Origin: Okamejei kenojei
Lineage: Eukaryota
DNA length: 64,000 bases
Assembly: GCA_035221665.1 (NCBI GenBank)
Contig: CM069145.1
Span: 13,020,001 to 13,084,000, forward strand
Reading direction: 5' to 3'
The position numbers were made by a program, and so were the translations under genes. Under the pieces are notes generated by a model that saw nothing but the letters and a program-made list of their open reading frames with translations, ran no database searches and was not told the origin of the DNA. Positions 36,497 to 47,858 of this stretch are shown piece by piece. Each line of letters begins with the position of its first letter. Position 1 is the first letter of the stretch.

Positions 36497-38889
36497 CTGA
36501 ACAGGTTAAGTTGGAGTGATATGTGTCTAGTGGAGATGCACCAGTCACTGGAGGGCAGCAATATGGGGTGTGGTGTAGGGGAAGGTGCATGAGGCACACT
36601 GGACACTTGATCTGCTTTGCCACAGAGGACACAGGTGAGGTTCATAATCACAGTACTTTCACGACAAAACCAATGCGGTTGGATAGCAAGCTGGTGAATG
36701 AATTATCAAACCTGTCCGATCGAATAGAAGAGATGGGATGGAACATGAACATGGAATCATTTTTCTTCATCTCCTCACAGGACAGGAGGTTGTGTGGGAG
36801 CCAGGATGAGACCATGACTTCCACCGCAGAGGTCATGCACATTCTTTGCAAGGGCTTGGCTACAATTGTGCCACACACAGCCAATTGGTTTCAGAGACAG
36901 CTGCTGAAGGGGGACAGAGAGCGGCCACAAACCATCTTTTTCCCTCTGCATGGTCTCACCCTAATGCAGCTGCAGTTCTGATCTCTGCCACAAGGGAGCA
37001 GTTCTGAGATCCTGAGGAGCAGTGTTATGCCAGCGGGGATTAGTTTGATGTCCTCGTTGAGACAGATAACACCCATGAACTGGGAGCAGAGTTGCTGCAA
37101 TTTCACCTTAGCTCTCTTCTGTGGGAGCTGTAGTGTGCTCCTTCCAACTCAAGCATGTCCCCATTGTGAATGTAATTCTATTCAGGTTGTGTAGTGGGCA
37201 TTATATCAAGGGCTCGGCATCTGTCAGAAATGGGTTATCAGAAGGTCTACAGGTTAAGAGGATAATTGTGCAATCTGAGTGACACTAGATTGTTGCACCA
37301 TTGCCTATGAAGTATATTGAGAGGTCATTGTACACAGCAGGCACCTTTTGCAGGCAACACATTCACGCAGCAGACCTCCCAGACCAATGTGTAGCTCAAG
37401 CATAGGCAACAATCTGAAGTTAACCTATTTGATGCTAAGGTCTCTCTTAGGTCATCCAGGACATCTATGGGATTCCAAATGAAAATAAGCAACTTTCCAG
37501 AAACCAGATTACAATCACACAGAGGACATTGTAACATTGTACTAGGACACTGAAAATCACCTGTAAAATTGTAATTTGGGAATGGGACAAGTGCGGGTAA
37601 CAGTAGAGACAAATGCAATGGTTTTCCTTTTTGATATCTCTATACAATAAATGATTTGCAAGATCATAGCATCATATGAATGTGTTCTCATTTAGAGCAG
37701 ATAACAAATAACAGAGCTGGTGAAGTAGCAACTGTTGCATTATTTACATGGAATTAATCTGGAGCAGTAGCCTTCAGGTGATCAGGCCCTCTCATAGATG
37801 AACTGAGTCCCAGGCTAATTTCAAGATTAGAGGCCCCCAAACCAAGATCAAGCAGATGCCCCTCAATTTTAGAGGCCCCCAGATCAAGATCCCTTTGAAG
37901 CAGACAGGCATGAGGCCCATGCCAAATGGCACTCATTGCCCCCCCCCCCCCCCCCCCGCCCCCCGATAGGGCCTGCAGGTGATGCACTGGCACCAAACTA
38001 TAATCTGAATGGGTCCTGTTCTGTGCAAGATCGGCAAATTCAATACATAATTTGAAATACATAGACTGGTGAAAATTCAGGATTGTGCAACAGGAATCAT
38101 AAGTAAGGAAGTAATAAGTAATAAATAAGTAAGGAAGGAACTAAACAAAAATGCAACTTCTGTTCCACTTATGAAGGTTTAAAACAATATTTTTTATTTA
38201 AAAAGTTACAATAATATATGTATTTTACAAATGGATAGAAAGATCTGCTAATATACATGAATCACAATACAAAAATATGTGTAAAATTTGTAGCTGATTA
38301 ACATATAGTGCTTACTTTGGGACAGCAAATTACTGTTTTAGTACAGAAACAAAATAATAAATATCTAAGATATGAGTATACAGAGAATACCTTACTGAGC
38401 ACATGAATTGGAGACCTATGGCCTAATGGCCAAAAGTGGCACTATCTTCATGTCATATTTCTGAATAATGTTGCAATATAAATATGTACAAGAAATCAAG
38501 GTTTTCCGATTCATTACACATATTCACAGCATGATTTCCTGAGTCTAAACTAAATCCATTCATCATGCAAATAAAATTAGTGTTTAAACATGACAATATT
38601 TTAATGTTGACATCTTTAAAGTGTTGGACTTAATTGGTTTTCAAATACCCAAACTAATAAATGTTACATTTGCCTCGCTTTGTTACACCACAGCAAAAGC
38701 TTAATTAAAAATGCACCTCTTTAAAAGTTCTTGATTTTTTTTGTTAACAAGCCAGGTAAGGCACTCTGGAGTTCTCTGAAGGCTTCATAATACTGGGTAT
38801 ATTTCTTTATTTTGAATGAACTTTTAATCGCTTAATCCATATAACAAACACATGTTTAGTGGAAAACATTTAGTGGGTATCAATTAATA

Positions 38890-39285
38890 GAGTCAACGAG
38901 CGATACAGTGTGGAAACAGGCCATTCGACTCAACTTGCCCACACAGGCCAACATGTCCCAGCTACACTAGTCCCACCTGCCCACGATTGGTCCATATCCC
39001 TCCAAACCTGTCCAATCCATGTACTTGTCTAACTGTTTCTTAAAAGTTGGGATAGTCCCTGCCTCAACTACCTCATCTGGCAGCTTGTTCCATACACCCA
39101 CAATCTTTTGTGTGAAAACATTTCCCCACAGATTCCTATTAAATCTTTTCCTCTTCACCATAAACCTATGTCCTCTGGTCCTCGATGCAACTACTCTGGT
39201 CAAGAGACTCAGTGCATCTACCCGATCTATTCCTCCCATGATTTTATACACATCTATATGATCTCCCCTCATCCTCCTGCATTTC
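38890..39285 (-). mobile_element. CR1-type LINE 3' fragment
   Basis: ORF 38967-39287: RRMRGDHIDVYKIM...GVWNKLPDEVVEAG; same subfamily as 15370-16015. Confidence 0.9.
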
Positions 39286-40839
39286 AATAGTTTGAAATTT
39301 GGATCAAATTTTAAATGGAGTTTAGTTTAGACAATTCAAATGGTGAAAACAAAACTCAATAAAACGACAGACAATTCTTTACAAAGTGTATTAAACGTGA
39401 ATTCCACTACACTTTTTTTTGTACACAGTACATTTTTCTTTTGTACAGATAAATAATAAAAAAAAAACTAAAATCTGTCTATCACTGAAAACCATCTCAT
39501 GCTCTATTGGTTTCTCCTGTACATTTGTTGTCGAAACGTTCCTATTGTGAACAGCTATCATTTTTGTTGCATAAGTCACTACTCTGACAAACTGCCACAC
39601 ACATATATACAACATGCATAAGCATGGCCTGATAAAACCTTTTCACCAAGTCAGCTTCACACTGATTTATCCACACTGGCTTGTTTACATAATCCAAATG
39701 TCATCCAATTTTATTGGCGACACAGAATGCCTTGATGAACTGTGTGGTTTCAGAGGAATGGTCTTCCTTTGCATTTTCTTTCTGTGGTCTCATTTTAAGT
39801 CAAGGCATTTGAACAAAATGGCTGCTTATAATTTCTGAATTTAATAGCCAAACGCTCTCTTTCATTACATTGGTATCTTCCAACATACAACCATATATTT
39901 TTAGACATTTGTAAACAACTGACAAAAGAGATGAAATCTTTTAGACACCATAAATTATGACATTGTTTAGTATATAAAAATTCTACTACGCATCCCTTTT
40001 TCAATAAAATGCATCTTTTCTGTGATTCGTATGAGAATGTACTGATTTTCTTCTTTTTTTTCCTAATAGTGATCTTTCAATTTACAATTAATGGCAATTT
40101 GTGGCTTCTTTGCAATGATTAAATATAAAAATTAGAATATTTCTGATATCCATCGGGAAGAATGCACATATCTTTGTTGGCAGATCAGTTCATGCATGTA
40201 TTGGACCCTGGTGCAGTAAAGGCATATCAAGGGAAATAACAGTAATTTGAAGCAGGTAAATTGTATGGAATGTAAGGGGCCAGTACGGCTTGAGAAATAA
40301 TGGCTTGGATCTTGCCCCTCTGTATTCTATTAATAATAGAGTTGATTCATACAGGTTGACTGTTTTTGTGTGTCTTCAGAAATAAGTCTGAAAACAGCGA
40401 TATATTCTCTTCCTGCTGAAAAATAATAACAAATAACATAATGAAGTTTATCAATTTTTTAAGACTAAAACTTAAACTAAAACGATCATTTAAAATACAT
40501 ACAAGCAAGTATTGAAAATCAATTAACTGTTTGATTATTATAAACATATTAACTTTCAGAAATTATTGAGATGAACGTCATTGCATCATCGTTGTTTTTT
40601 CCTGGTCATACTTTGTTCAGAATGCGCTTACCAATATAAACAACATGCCGTGAATTAGCAAAGATTTTACAAAGTTTTGTTTTTTGTAATCATGTAAATA
40701 CATTCAGATCTGTCTTAATCTCTGTATTATCATGGGTTTTTCTTCATATTTCACAAATTACATTAATTTTCATTCTTGTACATTGCAGTTTAAACTAATT
40801 TAAACTGCAATTTAATTTAATTGCAATTTAAACTAAGTT

Positions 40840-41152
40840 TGTTAAGGGTTTGGACACGCTAGAGGAAGAAAACATGTTCCCAATGTTGGGGGAGTCCAGA
40901 ACCAGGGGCCGCAGTTTAAGAATATGGAGTAAGCCATTTAGAACGGAGATGAGGAAACACTTTTTCTCACAGAGAGTTGTGAATCTGTGGAATTCTCTGC
41001 CTCAGAGGGCGGTGGAGGCAGGTTCTCTGGATGCTTTCAAGAGAGAGCTAGCTAGGGCTCTTAAAAATAGCAGAGTCAGGGGATATGGGGAGAAGGCAGG
41101 AACGGGGTACTGATTGGGGACGATCAGCCATGATCACATTAAATGGCGGTGC
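40840..41152 (+). mobile_element. CR1-type LINE 3' fragment
   Basis: MFPMLGESRTRG...FFSQRVVNLWNSLPQRAVEA. Confidence 0.9.
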
Positions 41153-41229
41153 TAATAATCTGACTTGAATATTGATCACGGGTAAAGGTTCATGCTTTCC
41201 GTGACTGAGCCGAGCCAAAACCTAATAAT

Positions 41230-41430
41230 CTGACTCTTGAGCAGAGCATTTCAGAGAGTTACAGTCCTTTGCTTGGAGAGATTGTTTTCACCCCTGTCCT
41301 GGTTATTTAAATCTGTTATTGTGATTCTGTGTCCCCTGTTTCGAGACATCCAGCCAGAAGAAACATCAACCCTTGTCTGTTCAAGCCCCATAGGAATTGT
41401 ATATGTTGAGATCACCCATCAATCTTCTAA
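41230..41430 (-). mobile_element. Old CR1 fragment
   Basis: gcagagcatttcagagagtt...attctgtgtcccctgttt...agccccataggaattgtatatgtt resembles a degraded minus-strand CR1 3' region. Confidence 0.5.
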
Positions 41431-41584
41431 AGTAATTTCTCGTCATATAGCTACTCTTGCACCCCCCCCCCCCCCCCCCCCCCACCACACCACCACTACG
41501 ATCAAAGGAATCAATGGTGATGAACCTTCACTGCACTTTTGGCAAAACAGGGAGGTTAGACCCATAAACAATAACCCAGAAGAC

Positions 41585-41698
41585 TGTAAAGGTGCGACCT
41601 CCTGCACACATGCAGAACTCACTGACTTCAATAACTTTACTACAAATTTCCATCCTACACTCAAATTCACTTGGACCATCTCCAACATCTCCCTACAG
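41585..41698 (+). mobile_element. Penelope RT fragment
   Basis: DCKGATSCTHAELTDFNNFTTNFHPTLKFTWTISNISL; overlaps in homology with the fragment starting at 30694. Confidence 0.75.
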
Positions 41699-41741
41699 TT
41701 TAAAATACAAGTTCAGCAACAATAACTCAGATGCAGCCTTA

Positions 41742-42091
41742 AGGGCCTGTCCCACTGTACGAGGTAATTCACGAGTTTTCCCGCGTTTTCCCCTGATTCG
41801 AACTCGGAGAATGTCCGTAGCGGGTCCGTAGGAGTTCGTGGATGTCTCGTAGCAGCTCGTACGAGTAAAAAGTAATAATTTTTTTCATCACGAGTGTTTT
41901 TTTACTCGTGGACATTTTTCACAGTGTTGAAAAAGCGTCACGAGTTTACCGGATTTCCCGAGTACCTACCGTTTCTCCTACGAGCCGGAACGGGACATTC
42001 ACGAACTCCTACGGCTACGGACATTCTCCGAGTTCGAATCTGGGGAAAACTCGGGAGAACTTGATTTACCTCGTACAGTGGGACAGGCCCT
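41742..42091. mobile_element. Intact 350-bp PIF/Harbinger-type MITE
   Basis: Perfect 26-bp TIR AGGGCCTGTCCCACTGTACGAGGTAA / TTACCTCGTACAGTGGGACAGGCCCT, extending imperfectly to ~105 bp; TTA on both sides (41739-41741, 42092-42094). Confidence 0.9.
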
Positions 42092-42314
42092 TTATCAGGG
42101 CCCTCCGTAACTGAAGCAAGAGGTCTCTACTTTTGTTCACACCTCTCCTGCAATAAAAACAAATGCAACTTTTGTTTCCTTAATTTCTTATTCCATTTGC
42201 AAGATATTTGCTGAGAGGTGATATATAATAAGCACCACTGCGTGTAGCCCGTCATCAACACTTCGGAAACTTTGGTAAGATATTATTATCTAAAAATACC
42301 TATATTTAAGGCAA

Positions 42315-42482
42315 TGAACAAAAAAAACGTGGATGCTGAAAATGTGAAACAAAAATGCCAGATAAACTTAGTGGCATCTGTGGAAAGAGAAACAGAGGTA
42401 TGTTTTAGGCCAAAAACACTTACTGTTTTTGTTTCCCCAGGTGCTACTTGACATGATGAGTAGTTTCAGCAGTTTCTGCCCG
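42315..42482. mobile_element. Older Penelope-type foldback element
   Basis: gcatctgtggaaagagaaacag / ctgtttttgtttccccaggtgc arms, flanked by tatttaagg(c/g)aa at 42303 and 42483. Confidence 0.55.
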
Positions 42483-43339
42483 TATTTAAGGGAAATTCAT
42501 CCTGAAATAAGAAGGAACTCGTAGGTAAACTTTGTTTAGCTTACACATACACATTGTCCTGTCCTCAAATAGATCAATGTTTGGTGTGAAGAGATGCCAT
42601 TACCACTACCAGTATGCTGCCTTCTCTTCTCTGGTCCTTCAACCTTCTATGGGAGCGCCTCCTGCATCCGACCTTGAAGGCATGAGTTGTTAGACCCCCC
42701 CCCCCGCCCCCCAGACCTCCCCCTACAGCTCTTTGTCCAGCTTTGTCCAGCTTACACATACACGTTGCTCTTGTCCTCGAAGAAATCAATGTTTGGCTCA
42801 AGAGAAGATTCCTATTTCAAATGTTACGTAGCACTGGTCACGTTTTCTGGAAGAGCATGACAGAAGCAATCTTTACAATGATCATCTTTCATTTGAAATG
42901 TGAGAGTCAACGGTGACATGAATTGCCAACCATCAATATTCTTCCTGGCAAACATTATCAGGAACACAGTAATCTGAGATATTTGGTTGCACTTGGGAGA
43001 AAATATGCATTGAAAAAGCCCCATGGAATTATTTCTTTCTGAGAATGTAGTGCACAAGAGCACTCAGGATACAAAATCTATGGGGAAACTGCTCGACCAG
43101 AATTTTGAGCAAAAAAAAACAATTAACCGGAGGAGTTTTGCATGCTGGAGGTTCCAACTTTCAGGTGAAAGTTTAAAACCAGGTTCCATCGCAGACTTAG
43201 GTGGATGCAAGAAAAAAAAACCCAATTCCATTTCAAGGAAAACCAGAAATACCGTCCATAAATTTCTGGCCAGTATTTTTCTTGTAATTGTATGTTAAAA
43301 AGCATTAATAAACATACAAGATCCGAAAGGGTCTGAAGG

Positions 43340-44422
43340 CCAGAGCTACTACACTCCAAGCTCTCCCAATTGACTGTGCCTGAACCCCTCTGTCAGTGGA
43401 TCACCAACTTCCTGACAGACAGGAAGCAGAATGTGAGGCTTGGAAAGAACATCTCAGACCTGCTGACCCTCAGCACAGGAGCACCGCAAGGCTGCGTACT
43501 CTCTCCTCTCCTCTACTCTCTCTATACCAACGACTGCACCTCCACAGACTCCTGTCAAGCTTCTCAAGTTTACAGACAACACAACCCTGATTGGACTGAT
43601 CCAGGATGGGGAGGAATCTGCCTACAGACAAGAAGTGACACAGCTGGCGTCCTGGTGCCATCGCAACAACCTGGAGCTCAATGCTCTTAGACAGTGGAAT
43701 TGACAGTAGACTTTAGGAGAGCTCCCCCTCCCCTCACCCCACTCACCATCAACAACACCACAGTCACATCTGTGGAGTCATTTAAGTTCCTTGGAAGCAT
43801 CATCTCCAAGGACCTTAAATGGGGGGCCACCATCAATTCCACAGACCAAAAGGCCCAACAGAGGATATACATCCTGCGGCAGCTGAGGAAGCACAATCTG
43901 CCAGACAATGATGGTCCAATTCTATACTGCCATCGTATAGTCTGTCCTCACCTTCTCCATCATGGTCTGGTTTGGCTCAGCCACCAAGCACGACATCCGG
44001 AGGCTGCAGCGAATCGTCCGATCAGCTGAGAAGGTTGTTGGCTGCAACTTTCCCCCCATTGACGACTGTACTCTGCAAGGGCCAGGAAGTGAGCGGGTAA
44101 GATCATCTCTGACCCCTCTCACCCTGGCCACAAACTCTTTGAAGCACTTCCCTCTGGAAGGCGACTCCAGACTGTCAAAGCTGCCCCAGCCAGACATAAA
44201 AATTGCTTTTTCCATGAGCAGTAGCTCTACTCAATAACCAAAAGTCTGTAGCCTCCTTTTGCTCTGGTATTTTATTTCATTCACATGTTGAAAACTATAA
44301 TTTTTATTCTTACAGTTTTAATGTTTTATGTTTTATTTTTAATTGTTTACTGTATGTCATGTTGTTACTTGTGAGCGGAACATCAAGGCAAATTCCTTGC
44401 ATGTGTACATACTTGGCAAATA
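43340..44422 (+). mobile_element. Rex1/Babar-like LINE, 5'-truncated RT plus 3'UTR
   Basis: LCQWITNFLTDRKQ..STGAPQGCVLSPLLYSLYTNDC, VDFRR, VESFKFLG..DLKW, VWFG..RLQRIVRSAEK; frameshifts; AT-rich 3'UTR with AATAAA and attc tail. Confidence 0.9.
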
Positions 44423-44439
44423 AACATTAATGAATTCAT

Positions 44440-44535
44440 TCAAGAAGGTTCTCAACCTGAAACATTACCCATCCCTTCTCTCCAGAGATGCTGCATGTCC
44501 CGCTGAGTTACTCCAGCATCTTGTGTCTATCTACC
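44440..44535 (+). mobile_element. Penelope terminal-repeat fragment
   Basis: aagaaggttctcaacctgaaacattacccatcc...gctgagttactccagcat. Confidence 0.7.
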
Positions 44536-44549
44536 ATCCGAATGGGTCC

Positions 44550-44871
44550 TGCCAGGATCGATATGGAGAGGATGCTTTCTCTTGTTGAAGAATCCAGAAC
44601 TAGCGATCAATGGTTCAAAATAAGGTTTCAACCACTGACATCAGGGAAGATTGACCTTTTATACTCTCTCTCATAGGACAGTGAGTCTTTTGAATTCTCT
44701 TCCTCAAAGGGTGATAGAAGCAGAGGTCCTGAATATTGTTAAATTAGAGGAAGATAGATTATTGATAAGGAATAGGAATGAAAGGTTACTGCTGGAAGAT
44801 AGGATTGCAGAGTTGAGGTCATTCAGGTCACCCATGATCTTATCAATGACTGAGCAGATGTGAGGGGCCAA
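44550..44871 (+). mobile_element. Old CR1 3' fragment interrupted by a SINE
   Basis: gatatggagaggatg...gaatccagaactag...tgaattctcttcctcaaaggg; tail appears to resume ~45200. Confidence 0.6.
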
Positions 44872-45183
44872 GTTTAGTTTAGAGATACAGTGCAGAATCA
44901 GGCCCTTCTGCCCACCCTGTCCACGCCGACCAGCGATCCCTGCAGACTAACACTATCCTACACACACTAGAGACTATTTTACATTCAAACCAAACCAATT
45001 AACCAACAAACCTGTACATCTTCAGAGTGTGGGAGGAAACCGAAGATCTCGGAGAAAATCTATGCAAATCACGGGGAGAACATACAAACTCTGTACAGAC
45101 AGCACCAATAGTCGGGATCAAACCCTGGTCTCTGGCACTACAAGTGCTGTAAGGCAGAAACTCTACTGCTGCGCCAGTGTGCC
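44872..45183 (-). mobile_element. V-SINE (HE1-like)
   Basis: Full reverse complement of the 557-842 family, with (TTTAG)n tail. Confidence 0.88.
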
Positions 45184-45395
45184 GCTGGCAAATCCCTGAG
45201 TCCAATCCCTACTCTAAATTAGTATGTTTGTCTGTTCATATCATCTGAAATGCATGTTCTAAAATAACAGTGTACATAAAATGGAAATGCATTAAAAGAG
45301 CTGATTTCTACTATTATCTGCCCCGATCAATGCTGGTCTCCCTTAAAGTGACTGTCAGCAGCAAAATTCATACGTGGATCAAATTTCCTTCTAAT

Positions 45396-45592
45396 GTGCA
45401 GGAAGGAACTGCAGATGCGGGTTTTAACCAAAGATAGACACAAAAAGCTGGAGTAACTCAGCGAGTCAGACAGCATCTCTGGAGAGAAGGAATGGGTGAT
45501 GTTTGAAGAAGGGTCTCGACCCGAAATGTCACCCATTCCTTCTCTCCAGAGATGCTGCCTGCCCCGCTGAGTTACTACAGCTTTTTGTGTCT
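45396..45592. mobile_element. Penelope-derived foldback element with perfect 15-bp TSD
   Basis: aaatttccttctaat at 45381-45395 and 45593-45607; ~68-bp inverted arms enclosing tTGAAGAaGGGTctcgACCCGAAAtGTC. Confidence 0.9.
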
Positions 45593-46394
45593 AAATTTCC
45601 TTCTAATCTTCGCTCACCAGTAGCAAGATCTACACCTGTGGATCAAGTCTACATTAGCCAGAGATAGGTGTCAAACCAAGTCTGATAAACAGATTGGAAT
45701 TCACTTAGTTGGTGGAGTATTAAAAAACAACTGATGAAGCTGCATGAACTCTTCAAGGGAGCTAGATAAGTTCATTCCGTAATTCATAAATTTAAGTGCA
45801 AAGCCCAAAAACGATATTCATAGATTAAACATATGAAATAGATACTGAACTGATTGTCATGATACTATATTTCAAGTCTTCTAACCAAAATTACAGCTCC
45901 ATACCTCTGAATATGGCCATTTTTAACTATAAGACAATGTAAACTCATTGGTTTATATATGTTTTTCTTTATAACAAAAAAATAAATTGCTTTGATTTTC
46001 CACTCGCTTCGTATATATAATTGGTTTGTAACATGATTGGGGAATAATTGCACCACAGAGAACACAGACATTTGAAATTTTGGCCAAATGTGTTTCTTTA
46101 ATATTGAGATATGATTTTAACATGACTTTCATCTTCCTCTAGAAGATGTTATCTGTAAATTTTGGAATCACATCAATAAAATCTTCTGTTACAAACTCGA
46201 GATGGATTCCGTTTGTTCAAATCAGTAACAAACCATCTTTGCACCAGTGTAGGTTTGGTCTGGAATCGAAACCTGGCTGGTTTCCTTGAGGCAATTGTCC
46301 AGAATATTCCTGTTAAAAATTCTGCCACATGGATTAGTTGAACGCAACCCTCAGGACCACACATACCTATTTCAAGCACATCAAAATCTGTTAG

Positions 46395-46735
46395 GTTAGA
46401 CGTGATAGAAGTATATGAGAGTTTGAGTGGCAAAGATAGGGAAGATAGTCAGAATCTTTTTCCCAGGGTGGGATTTTTCAAAGACGAGAGTGCACAGCAA
46501 GCAAAAAAAACATTTACACAGAGTGTGGCGGGTGTCTGGAACGCGCTGCCAGAGGTGGTGATGGAAGCAGATATGATAGATATGGCATTTATGAGGCATT
46601 TAGATGGGCAAATGGATATACAAGGAATGGAGGGATAAGGGTCACTTGCTGGCAGAGATTAGTTTAAACTGACATTATGTTCGGCAGGGACATTGTGGGC
46701 CATAGAGTCTGTTCCTGTCGCATACTGTTCTGTGT
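46395..46735 (+). mobile_element. CR1 3' fragment, diverged
   Basis: FTQSVAGVWNALPEVVMEA. Confidence 0.8.
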
Positions 46736-47207
46736 CCTAATAATGTATATCATTATGATTAATATAATTCTCCTTATGCAGATAATAGAAATAAGATTTC
46801 CATCCTCTCAGTGAAGTAGGTACTGTCGTAACAAATTAAATAATTTAACATTATTTTCTTCAATGTCATGTAAATGAAAATTGGCTTATTGACCGTATCC
46901 AGGGAGAACTGTGATGATGCCCATTTCTAGGTCATTTTGTTTTATTCTGGAAATTTGACTGGGCACATCCCAGTACAAATCCCTCTTGGGCGCTTGACCC
47001 AATTTGTTTGGATAGCAAAGCGTATTGGCTCATAGTTTCCCAATAGTGACAGTCATTGGGAATTCTCGGGCCAATGGTTTTAATATCATGGATCTAAACT
47101 GGTGCTTATGTAGGACAAATGTATTTGCTTTTTATCCTTCGGGCATGTCCCTTTCCCCACTGCCACAAGCCACTGCCATCACATTCCATCCCCAATCTTG
47201 CATATTT

Positions 47208-47426
47208 CAGTGGAATGAGCTTCCAGCAGAAGTGGTGGTGGCAGGATCGATTTTAACATTTAAAAGTAAAGTGGATAGGTATATGGACGTGAAGGGAATG
47301 GAGGGGTATGGAGGGAATGGAGCAGGTAGATGGGACTAGGGGAAAACAAATGGTCGGCACGGACTGGAAGGGCCGAGAGGGCCTGTTTCCGTGCTGTAAT
47401 TGTTATATGGTTATATGGTTATATGT
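47208..47426 (+). mobile_element. CR1 3' fragment with (TTATATGG)n tail
   Basis: WNELPAEVVVAGSILTFK..; tail ttatatggttatatggttatatg. Confidence 0.85.
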
Positions 47427-47558
47427 CCATCTGATCTTGTGACATTTCTGGCTGTTTCTCATTCTGCCTCCCCTTCCCCCAACACCACTTTGCCACCACC
47501 AACTAGGCCTCGTGACTTTCTGCTCCCTGATGTGTGAGGTATGTGGACCTTCCTCCTT

Positions 47559-47665
47559 TTAATCTCCTCATGACTGACCACCAATGAAAACTGGATTTTT
47601 GTGGATGTCAATGACTCTTAATCTCCTCATCACTGACCACCAATGAAAACTGGATGTCAATGACT
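47559..47665 (+). repeat. Tandem duplication, two copies of ~48-58 bp
   Basis: ttaatctcctcat(g/c)actgaccaccaatgaaaactggat...gtcaatgact occurs twice. Confidence 0.9.
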
Positions 47666-47737
47666 AAAACAATAACTTTTTTTAACAAATACTCCAGCCA
47701 TAGCCAATATACCCTTGTAGAACCTCACTATCACAAC

Positions 47738-47858
47738 GTGTAGGAAAGAACAGGTTTAAAACGAAGATAGACAGAATGCTGGGGGAACTCGGCGGAATAG
47801 GCAACAACTCTGGAGAGAAGGAATGGGTGACGTTTCCGGTTGAGATCCTCATTCAGAC
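47738..47858 (-). mobile_element. Penelope terminal repeat
   Basis: gtgtaggaaagaac...ctctggagagaaggaatgggtgacgtttccggttgagatcctcattcagac. Confidence 0.75.

Noticed and set aside
39760-39800. JAKMIP C-terminal transmembrane exon (FLCIFFLWS)
   Set aside because: Opposite strand to expectation, poor match, and no stop or splice signals in the right places.
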